Under the pieces are notes generated by a model that was not told the origin of the DNA, made no database searches, and worked only from the letters and a program-made list of their open reading frames with translations. 64,000 nt of DNA from an uncultured Phocaeicola sp. (GTDB taxonomy: Bacteria > Bacteroidota > Bacteroidia > Bacteroidales > Bacteroidaceae). Below, piece by piece: positions 56,715-64,000 of this stretch; within the stretch, counting starts at the first letter, position 1; every line of letters starts with the position of its first letter. The stretch covers positions 3,080 to 67,079 of the forward strand of contig CANQSM010000004.1 in assembly GCA_947626525.1 (NCBI GenBank), given 5' to 3'. The translations under genes and the position numbers were made by a program.

Positions 56715-57719
56715 ATGGAGATGGAAATAAGATATCATATCGGTTTATGCGTGGCTGCGGTCACTTTGCTTTTGGGCTCATGCGGAAGCGGTAAAAGGGA
56801 GAATCAGGCGGAAGAGAAGGCCACCGTTGTGAAAGCTCCTGATTTTAACGCGGACAGTGCATATCTGTATGTAAAGCGGCAGGTTGATTTCGGCCCTCGG
56901 TTGTTGGATACGAAGGCTCATAAGGAGTGTGGCGACTTTTTGAGTGCCAAGTTGGCTTCCTTCGGGGCAAAGGTATATCAGCAGGAGTTTGATGCGACGG
57001 TTTATGACGGGACCACTTATAAAGCTCGTAATATTATCGGGGCTTTCAACCTGGAGGCACGGAAGAGGGTAATGCTTTGCTCCCATTGGGATAGCCGGCC
57101 GTGGGCGGACAATGATCCGGATGAAAAAAATCATCATGTTCCTGTTTTGGGAGCGAATGACGGGGCCAGTGGAGTCGGCGTGTTGTTGGAAATTGCCCGT
57201 CAGATACGGATGAAGGCACCGGAAATAGGCATAGATCTCATGTTTTTCGATGCGGAGGATTACGGGACTCCCCAGTTCCACGAAGGAGCACATGATGAAG
57301 ATTCCTGGTGCTTGGGGTCTCAATACTGGTCGCGTCGTCCGCATGTTGCCCGTTACAATGCCCGTTTTGCCATTTTGCTGGATATGGTGGGTGGAAAGGA
57401 CGCTGTTTTTTTGCAGGAGGGCTATTCGAGGGACTATGCCTCATCGGTAGTAAGGAAAATATGGAACAAAGCCCATGATATCGGTTGGGGGCGTTATTTT
57501 CCGAAGCGTGCCGGAGGGTATGTGACGGATGACCATGTGCCGGTAAACCGGATTGCGAAAATTCCGTGTGTGGATATCATTCCATGTGATGAGGGGTGCG
57601 AGCTTTCCAGTTTCGGGCCTTTCTGGCATACAGTAGGCGATAACATGGAGGTGATTGACAAGAATACGCTTCAGGCTGTGGGGCAGACCGTGATGGAAGT
57701 GATATACAATGAAAAATGA
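56715..57719 (+). CDS. M28-family peptidase fold, glutaminyl-peptide cyclotransferase-like lipoprotein
   Basis: 334 aa with lipobox LLGSCGS. M28 metal-ligand pattern (HWDS, GANDGASG, FFDAEDYG) of the animal-type QC found in Bacteroidetes. Confidence 0.75.
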   Translation: MEMEIRYHIGLCVAAVTLLLGSCGSGKRENQAEEKATVVKAPDFNADSAYLYVKRQVDFGPRLLDTKAHKECGDFLSAKLASFGAKVYQQEFDATVYDGTTYKARNIIGAFNLEARKRVMLCSHWDSRPWADNDPDEKNHHVPVLGANDGASGVGVLLEIARQIRMKAPEIGIDLMFFDAEDYGTPQFHEGAHDEDSWCLGSQYWSRRPHVARYNARFAILLDMVGGKDAVFLQEGYSRDYASSVVRKIWNKAHDIGWGRYFPKRAGGYVTDDHVPVNRIAKIPCVDIIPCDEGCELSSFGPFWHTVGDNMEVIDKNTLQAVGQTVMEVIYNEK

Positions 57720-57745
57720 AAGGATAACGTATATATATAATATGT

Positions 57746-58177
57746 ATGGCGACAATTAATGCATTGCAGGATGAAGTGATTGAAGAGTTCAGTGACTTTG
57801 ATGATTGGATGGACAGATACCAGTTGCTCATTGATTTAGGGAATGGGCAGGAACCTTTAGATGAAAAGTATAAGACAGATCAGAATCTGATAGAAGGATG
57901 CCAAAGCCGTGTATGGTTGCAGGCTGATTTGGCGGAAGGGAAAGTGCATTTCCAGGCGGAGAGTGACGCGTTGATTGTGAAAGGGATTATAGCCTTGCTG
58001 ATAAAGGTGCTTTCCGGCCATACTCCCGATGAGATCCTGAACGCGGACCTTTACTTTATCGAAAGGATCGGATTGAAAGAACATCTTTCGCCTACCCGCA
58101 GCAACGGCTTGCTGTCCATGGTGAAACAGATGCGTATGTATGCCTTGGCTTTCAAGGCGAAAGGACAGCATGCTTGA
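57746..58177 (+). CDS. sufE: SufE-family cysteine desulfuration protein
   Basis: 143 aa with the GCQSRVW motif containing the conserved Cys. Confidence 0.88.
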   Translation: MATINALQDEVIEEFSDFDDWMDRYQLLIDLGNGQEPLDEKYKTDQNLIEGCQSRVWLQADLAEGKVHFQAESDALIVKGIIALLIKVLSGHTPDEILNADLYFIERIGLKEHLSPTRSNGLLSMVKQMRMYALAFKAKGQHA

Positions 58178-58188
58178 AGCCGTGGGGA

Positions 58189-60333
58189 CTATTTCTCCGC
58201 CAATGTGAAATCGAGTTGCTTCTTTTCCAAGTTAGCGTGTGCCACCTGAATCCTTACCGGGTCGCCCAAGCTGTATCTCTTGTGGTGTCTGCGGCCAATC
58301 AGGCAATAGTTCTTCTCATCGAATTCGAAGTAGTCTTCACCCAAATCACGCGTCGGAACCATTCCCTCGCATTTGTTCTCATTGAGTTCTACGTAGATTC
58401 CCCATTCCGTGACACCACTGATTACTCCTTCGAATGTCTGACCGACATAGTCGGCCATAAATTCCACTTGTTTGTATTTGACACTGGCGCGTTCGGCGCT
58501 TGCCGCCGTTTGCTCCATGGCGGAACAGTGCTCGCAAAGATCCTCGTATTTGGCCTGTTGTACGGTTCTTCCGCCAGACAAATAGCGGGTGAGTAATCGG
58601 TGTACCATCATGTCGGGGTAACGTCGGATGGGAGAGGTGAAATGAGTGTAATAGTCGAAAGCCAGACCGTAATGGCCGATGTTGCAGGTGCTGTAGCGTG
58701 CTTTCTGCATGGCGCGCAGGGAGACCGTTTCAATCAGGTTTTGTTCTTTTTTGCCCTGAATGTCATCCAGCAGATGGTTAATGGATTTGGAAACCTCTGT
58801 TTTGGTACCTGTCGTACGCAGCTTATAACCGAACCGCGCGATGAAAGCTTTCAGGTTCTCCAGTTTGTCCGGGTCCGGCAAGTCATGGATGCGGTACGGG
58901 AATACCTTCGCTTTGGCGTTGTGTGCCACCTTGCCTATTTTCTCCGCCACGGTACGGTTTGCCAGCAGCATGAATTCTTCAATGAGCTTGTTGGCTTCTT
59001 TGGCTTCTTTGAAATAAACACTCAAAGGTTTGCCTTTTTCGTCTGTTTCAAACTTTACTTCGCAACGGTCGAAATTGATGGCGCCTGCCGCGAAACGTTT
59101 TTTTCTCAATATCTGTGCCATCCGGTTGAGGGTAAGGATTTCCTCGTTATATTCGCCCTTTCCGGTTTCAATGATTTCCTGCGCTTCTTCGTAGGCGAAG
59201 CGTCGGTTGCTCCTGATAATGGTATGGGCGATGCGTGCCTCTCTTACTTCCGCTTGCTCGTTCAGCGTGAAGATGACGGAGTAAGTCAGCTTTTCTTCAT
59301 CGGGCCGCAGGGAGCAAATGAAGTCGCATAGCCTTTCGGGAAGCATCGGGACGGTACGGTCGACCAGATAGACGGAAGTGGCCCGTTTCTGTGCCTCCTT
59401 GTCGATAATGCCCCCTTCTTTTACGTAATGCGTCACATCGGCGATGTGTACGCCTACTTCCCACACTCCTTCCTTTAATTTCCGTATGGAAAGGGCGTCA
59501 TCAAAGTCTTTGGCGTCTTTCGGGTCGATGGTGAACGTCACGACGTCTCGGAAATCTTCCCGTCCGGCCAGGTCTTCGTTGGTAAACCCGGCCGGAATTT
59601 TGTCGGCTGCCGTTTCCACATTTTTGGGATAGGTGTAAGGCAGGCCGTATTCAGCCAGAATGGCGTGCATTTCCGTTGTGTTCTCCCCCGCTTTTCCAAG
59701 GATGTCTATGACTTGTCCTATCGGATTTTTGGCGTCCTCGGGCCATTCGATTACCTTTACTACCGCCTTGTCCCCTGTTTTCCCGTTTTTCAGTTTCTCT
59801 TTCGGGATGAATATGTCGTTGGCCAATGCGCGGTTTTCGGTCAGCAGGAAAGCGTAATGCTTGTCCACTTTCAGCGTTCCCACAAAGGTGTCGTTCGCCC
59901 TTTCCAGTATCTCTATCACTTCTCCTTCCCGCACATGGCGTTTCCTTTTGGCGAAAAGGGCCAGCCGTACTTTGTCGTTGTTCATGGCGTGGGCGGAATT
60001 GCGTTCGGCCACCAGAACCGCTTCTCCGCCATCCTCAGGGATGAACGAATTCTTGCCGTTGTTTTTTCTCAGGAAGACCCCTGTCACGATTTGTCCGTGA
60101 TCGTTGTATTTATAGTGTCCTTTTTCCGGTTCGCTCAGATAGCCGTCTTCTACCATATCGCTGAGGATATCCATGCAGAGCATTTTCAATGGATACGTGT
60201 CAAGGTGAAGCGTCGAAAAAATTTGCCTGGTTCCTAAGATACGGTTTGTTTTCTGTCGGAACAGGTCTGTAAGTTTTTCAACCAATATTTTTTTTGTCAT
60301 GCGTTTGCCGCCTTTTTTACCCGGTTTACCCAT
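58189..60333 (-). CDS. rnr: ribonuclease R
   Basis: 714 aa with the RNB catalytic region (DPKDAKDFDDALS), cold-shock-like domains and a C-terminal S1 domain. Confidence 0.92.
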   Translation of the reverse strand: MGKPGKKGGKRMTKKILVEKLTDLFRQKTNRILGTRQIFSTLHLDTYPLKMLCMDILSDMVEDGYLSEPEKGHYKYNDHGQIVTGVFLRKNNGKNSFIPEDGGEAVLVAERNSAHAMNNDKVRLALFAKRKRHVREGEVIEILERANDTFVGTLKVDKHYAFLLTENRALANDIFIPKEKLKNGKTGDKAVVKVIEWPEDAKNPIGQVIDILGKAGENTTEMHAILAEYGLPYTYPKNVETAADKIPAGFTNEDLAGREDFRDVVTFTIDPKDAKDFDDALSIRKLKEGVWEVGVHIADVTHYVKEGGIIDKEAQKRATSVYLVDRTVPMLPERLCDFICSLRPDEEKLTYSVIFTLNEQAEVREARIAHTIIRSNRRFAYEEAQEIIETGKGEYNEEILTLNRMAQILRKKRFAAGAINFDRCEVKFETDEKGKPLSVYFKEAKEANKLIEEFMLLANRTVAEKIGKVAHNAKAKVFPYRIHDLPDPDKLENLKAFIARFGYKLRTTGTKTEVSKSINHLLDDIQGKKEQNLIETVSLRAMQKARYSTCNIGHYGLAFDYYTHFTSPIRRYPDMMVHRLLTRYLSGGRTVQQAKYEDLCEHCSAMEQTAASAERASVKYKQVEFMADYVGQTFEGVISGVTEWGIYVELNENKCEGMVPTRDLGEDYFEFDEKNYCLIGRRHHKRYSLGDPVRIQVAHANLEKKQLDFTLAEK

Positions 60334-60427
60334 AATGATATGTTTTTATATAATGATTGATGTTACAAAGAAAGCAAATTTATTGGATACTCCGGTACAA
60401 TAAGTTCTTTTATTTCATGGGAAGTCG

Positions 60428-60435
60428 TATCTTTG
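60428..60435 (+). promoter_or_regulatory. -7 box TAtcTTTG upstream of the CDF transporter gene
   Basis: Exact TAnnTTTG match about 20 nt upstream of the ATG. Confidence 0.45.
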
Positions 60436-60453
60436 CGCCAAATTATGTGACAA

Positions 60454-61347
60454 ATGGAGCCGAAAGAAAGAGCCTGCGGTATATATAAGGTGACGGTTGC
60501 GGGCAGTATCGTTAATTTTTTATTGGTCGCGTTTAAGTTCCTTGCCGGAATCTTCGGGCATAGTGCCGCCATGGTGGCTGATGCCGTGCACTCGCTGTCC
60601 GATTTGATAACGGATGCCATTGTGGTGGTGTTTGTCTACATATCTAATCGTCCGGAAGATAAGGATTATGATTACGGTCATGGCAAATATGAGACTTTGG
60701 CTGCGGCGCTTGTCGGTGTCATCCTGCTGCTGGTCGGATTGGGGGTTCTCTGGGACGGAGCGGGCCGAATCCTGTTGGTGGCAAGAGGGGGTGTGCTGGA
60801 AAGTCCGGGTCTGATCGCTCTTTGGGCCGCGTTGTTTTCTATCGCGTCCAAGGAACTGGTCTTCCGCTATACCATATATAAAGGGCGCCGGCTCGGTTCA
60901 CAGGCTGTTGTCGCGAATGCCTGGCATCATCGGAGCGATGCGCTTTCATCCGTTGGCACGGCCGCGGGCATAGGCGGAGCCATCCTGCTGGGCAAGTCCT
61001 GGACAGTGCTCGACCCGGTTGCGGCGGTCATCGTCAGCCTGTTTATTATCAAGATGGCGTTCCAGTCGCTTGTCCCTTGCATCGGGGAACTGCTGGAGAA
61101 ATCCCTTCCCGAGGAAACGGAAAAAGAGATTGAGGGGATCGTCCTGTCTGTGGATGGAGTCAGCGAACCCCACCATTTGCGTACACGCCGCATCGGCAAT
61201 CATTATGCCATAGAGATACATGTCCGGATGGATGGCCGCATCCCTCTTTTTCAGGCGCATCAGACGGCTACCGACATTGAGCGGAAGCTGAAGGGGCTGT
61301 ATGGGGAGGACACCCATGTGGGAATTCATGTGGAACCGATGAAGTGA
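60454..61347 (+). CDS. cation diffusion facilitator family transporter
   Basis: 297 aa with six TM helices, the HSLSDLITD and HHRSDALSS metal-site motifs, and a C-terminal cytoplasmic domain. Confidence 0.9.
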   Translation: MEPKERACGIYKVTVAGSIVNFLLVAFKFLAGIFGHSAAMVADAVHSLSDLITDAIVVVFVYISNRPEDKDYDYGHGKYETLAAALVGVILLLVGLGVLWDGAGRILLVARGGVLESPGLIALWAALFSIASKELVFRYTIYKGRRLGSQAVVANAWHHRSDALSSVGTAAGIGGAILLGKSWTVLDPVAAVIVSLFIIKMAFQSLVPCIGELLEKSLPEETEKEIEGIVLSVDGVSEPHHLRTRRIGNHYAIEIHVRMDGRIPLFQAHQTATDIERKLKGLYGEDTHVGIHVEPMK

Positions 61348-61366
61348 AAAAAGAAGTGTTTAAACG

Positions 61367-62371
61367 ATGAAGATACTTGTAACAGGAGCCAGTGGTTTCA
61401 TTGGCAGCTTTTTGGTGGAAGAGGGACTCCGCCGGGGAGATGAGGTTTGGGCGGGTGTACGCTCCGGCAGCTCGCGCCGCTACTTGCGGGATAGGCGCAT
61501 ACGGTTTGTGGAACTGGATTTCGCTCATCCGGAGATTTTGTCGGAACAGCTTGTTGCCTGGAAACAGGAATATGGCAGGTGGGATGCGGTGATTCATTGC
61601 GCCGGTGTAACCAAGTGCCCGCGTAAGGAGGAGTTCATGCGGGGCAACTATGTCTATACACGCCGTTTGGTAGAAACGCTCCAGGCATTGGAGATGGTTC
61701 CGGAACAATTCATATATATCAGCTCGCTGAGCGTGTTCGGCCCTGTCCGGGAGAAGGAATATACTCCGATAGAGGAAAAAGACACGCCGCTTCCCGATAC
61801 GGCTTACGGGATGAGCAAACTGGAGTCGGAGCGCTATTTGCAAGGCCTCAGTCACTTCCCGTACGTCATCTTCCGGCCGACGGGAGTCTACGGACCGCGG
61901 GAGAAGGATTATTTTCTCATGGCGAAGTCCATTAGGCGGCATGTTGACTTTTCTGTTGGCTATAAGCGGCAGGACCTGACCTTCGTGTATGTGAAGGACC
62001 TGGTGAAAGCCGTGTATCTGGCGCTCGACAGGCAGGTGCTTCGCCGCGCATATTTCGTAAGCGACGGAAAGGTCTATGCGAGCCGCGCGTTCTCGGATCT
62101 CATACGGAAAGAGTTGGGCAATCCGTATGTTATTCACCTCAAATGTCCGCTGTTTGTCTTAAAAGTTGTATCTTTGCTGGCCGAGAAAGTGGCGGCTCTG
62201 TTCGGAAAGAGCTGCACGCTTAATGGAGACAAATATAAGATAATGAGACAACGCAATTGGCAGTGTGATATTTTCCCGCTCGTCAGTGAACTGGGGTATC
62301 GTCCGGATTACGATCTGGAGAGAGGCGTGAAAGAAATCATTGCATGGTATAGGAAAGAAAAATGGCTTTAG
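61367..62371 (+). CDS. NAD-dependent epimerase/dehydratase (extended SDR) family protein
   Basis: 334 aa with the cofactor motif VTGASGFIGS and the catalytic motif YGMSK. Confidence 0.88.
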   Translation: MKILVTGASGFIGSFLVEEGLRRGDEVWAGVRSGSSRRYLRDRRIRFVELDFAHPEILSEQLVAWKQEYGRWDAVIHCAGVTKCPRKEEFMRGNYVYTRRLVETLQALEMVPEQFIYISSLSVFGPVREKEYTPIEEKDTPLPDTAYGMSKLESERYLQGLSHFPYVIFRPTGVYGPREKDYFLMAKSIRRHVDFSVGYKRQDLTFVYVKDLVKAVYLALDRQVLRRAYFVSDGKVYASRAFSDLIRKELGNPYVIHLKCPLFVLKVVSLLAEKVAALFGKSCTLNGDKYKIMRQRNWQCDIFPLVSELGYRPDYDLERGVKEIIAWYRKEKWL

Positions 62372-63342
62372 GACTACTTAAGAAGACAAGCGCGCGAAAG
62401 GGGCTGCTTGCGATTGAAAAAATAGGGTTGATCTACAACTTGATTACTACCTGCCTCATCGCTTTTCTTTTTCCGCGGATGAGCTGTCCCGGAGAGATGT
62501 TGCTTGGCCGGGCGGCCATTGTCGGGGGGATGGGGGCGCTGTATCTGATATATAGGGCCTATTCCTGCAAATTGACCTCTTTCCTGCGTACCGCTTTCCA
62601 GTTGGGATTGCTGGCCTATTGGTATCCGGACACGTACGAGTTCAACCGCCTCTTCCCCAATCTCGACCATCTGTTCGCTTCGTGGGAACAGGCGCTGTTC
62701 CATAGCCAGCCGGCCATCACTTTTGCCGAGCGTTTCTCTTCCGTATGGTTCAGTGAGGCGTTTAATCTGGGCTACTTTTCTTATTATCCCATGATTTTCA
62801 GCGTAGCCGTTTTTTATTTCCTTTTCCGCTATAAGGCTTTCGATAAGGCGGCCTTTATACTGGTGGCCTCCTTTTTCATCTATTACCTGATTTATATCTT
62901 TGTGCCGGTAGCCGGACCGCAATATTATTTCCCGGCCATCGGTGCCGAGGAAGTGGCGGCCGCGCGCTTTCCGGCGGTAGGCGACTACTTCAACCATCAT
63001 ACCGGGCTTCAGCCTTCTCCCGGGCAGGAGTGGGGACTGTTCTATCGCCTGGTCGACGCGTCGCAGCAGGCCGGGGAGCGTCCCACGGCCGCTTTCCCCA
63101 GTTCACACGTCGGCATTTCCACCATATTGCTCATTTTGGCCTATCAGGCCAAGAAGGCGCTTTTCCTCGTGTTGCTGCCTTTCTACGTGCTGCTGTGCTG
63201 CGCCACCGTCTACATTCAGGCGCACTATCTGATTGACGCCATGGCCGGCTTCGTTTCCGCTTTCCTTATCTACGGGATTTCCGTGTGGATGTACACCCGT
63301 TGGTTCGTTCCGGTGGATGAATGGAGGAAACCCTCTTTCTGA
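62362..63342 (+). CDS. PAP2-superfamily integral membrane protein (PAP2_C / lipid phosphotransferase-like)
   Basis: 326 aa, multi-pass, with FPSSHV and AHYLIDAMAG motifs. The start overlaps the epimerase stop by 10 nt. Confidence 0.75.
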   Translation: MALGLLKKTSARKGLLAIEKIGLIYNLITTCLIAFLFPRMSCPGEMLLGRAAIVGGMGALYLIYRAYSCKLTSFLRTAFQLGLLAYWYPDTYEFNRLFPNLDHLFASWEQALFHSQPAITFAERFSSVWFSEAFNLGYFSYYPMIFSVAVFYFLFRYKAFDKAAFILVASFFIYYLIYIFVPVAGPQYYFPAIGAEEVAAARFPAVGDYFNHHTGLQPSPGQEWGLFYRLVDASQQAGERPTAAFPSSHVGISTILLILAYQAKKALFLVLLPFYVLLCCATVYIQAHYLIDAMAGFVSAFLIYGISVWMYTRWFVPVDEWRKPSF

Positions 63343-63377
63343 GAAGGAATGGAAACAAGCCTGGCTTTTGTCGTTTT

Positions 63378-64000
63378 TTAGATGAATTCTAGATCCGTGA
63401 TAGGTCCGAAACCGCAATGTACCTGTATGGAAGGATATTTGGCTCCCTCTTCCAGAATGCCTCCGTTTGTGCTCAATTGCAGTACCACCACTTCGCCTGT
63501 TCCGTCAGGCATGTTGACGGCCACACCCAGGCAACGGTTGTAAGGAACGCCGTACTCTTCTGTTCCGACTTCATCCGAGTCATCGCTGAAGCTGTATCCT
63601 TCGCAGGCCATCTTCACTTTGACGATTTGGGCGGAAGGCTCTTCGTGCTGGTAGATTAATGTGTTTTTGCCTGTCGCCGCGTCCAGACGATAAACTTTAT
63701 TGCCTGCCGCGTAGAACAGAATGTTGTTGAAGCTGTTGCCGGAGGTCATGGAAGTATGCTCGTTCACTCCGTCGGGTGTCGCGAACTCGTAGCGCGCTAC
63801 CGAGGAGGGATCACCCGGTGAGGTCAGGCCACGGCCTTGGAAAACATAAACATAAGAGTTGCCGCCTTTGATGGTGTACGCGTATACCGTGTAACGCTGC
63901 CAGGGAGCGATGCCGCTTTTCCCGTAATGATAACCGCTGACCATGGCTACGATTTTCTCGTTGGGGTCGATGGAATTGGGATTAAAGGCATTGTTCTCGT
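63378..64000 (-). CDS. C-terminal part of a hypothetical secreted or beta-rich protein (5' end outside the window)
   Basis: The frame stays open on the minus strand to the window edge, with a beta-strand-rich composition. The function is not recognisable from this fragment. Confidence 0.6.
   Translation of the reverse strand, partial: ENNAFNPNSIDPNEKIVAMVSGYHYGKSGIAPWQRYTVYAYTIKGGNSYVYVFQGRGLTSPGDPSSVARYEFATPDGVNEHTSMTSGNSFNNILFYAAGNKVYRLDAATGKNTLIYQHEEPSAQIVKVKMACEGYSFSDDSDEVGTEEYGVPYNRCLGVAVNMPDGTGEVVVLQLSTNGGILEEGAKYPSIQVHCGFGPITDLEFI

Noticed and set aside
58600-60237. 243-aa and 190-aa plus-strand ORFs
   Set aside because: They are antisense to rnr.
61268-62137. 289-aa minus-strand ORF
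   Set aside because: It is antisense to the epimerase gene and the end of the CDF transporter gene, with no motifs.
1-64000. Search for tRNA, rRNA, CRISPR arrays and known riboswitch-like leaders
   Set aside because: I saw no T-loop-type GGTTCGAATCC signatures, no rRNA-like stretches and no regularly spaced direct repeats in the intergenic regions. This was a scan by eye, so tRNAscan-SE, Infernal or CRISPR-finder runs would be needed for certainty.

Overview
The window looks like a Bacteroides-type (Bacteroidales) chromosome. Evidence is the recurring TAnnTTTG -7 promoter boxes, lipoproteins with acidic residues after the lipobox Cys, and the gene content. Most of it is densely packed housekeeping genes on both strands: upp, pckA, typA, rpsO, cysS, a kduI-kduD-DUF4861-pectate lyase pectin block, queG, purD, cysE, pfkA, ispG, purE, rpoN, a Na/Pi transporter, a sirtuin, FKBP isomerases, sufE, rnr and a CDF transporter. 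I saw no rRNA, tRNA or CRISPR array. The notable part is a mosaic accessory block at about 19.6-27.5 kb. It starts with a tyrosine recombinase gene, followed 26 bp later by a 330-bp segment bounded by perfect 23-bp inverted repeats. Each repeat is itself an 8-5-8 palindrome with an asymmetric core, like lox or FRT. The segment carries a consensus Bacteroides promoter that, in this assembly, points away from the downstream gene. That gene encodes a 1125-aa predicted surface lipoprotein with a coiled-coil stalk and a large C-terminal region I cannot assign to any family. I read this as an invertible-promoter phase-variation switch caught in the OFF orientation. To its right is a decay zone: an IS982-type transposase remnant, a metal ABC operon whose permease is reduced to about 44 C-terminal codons, and a 5' fragment of mnmD. 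Smaller observations include an IS4-type transposase fragment cut off by an 87-bp palindromic element at the window start, a G9 tract at the -33 position of an OMP promoter, a rubredoxin gene missing from the ORF track, and a structured intergenic segment flanked by 14-bp direct repeats. All coordinates and repeat matches were counted by hand. Family assignments come from motif recognition, not database searches.
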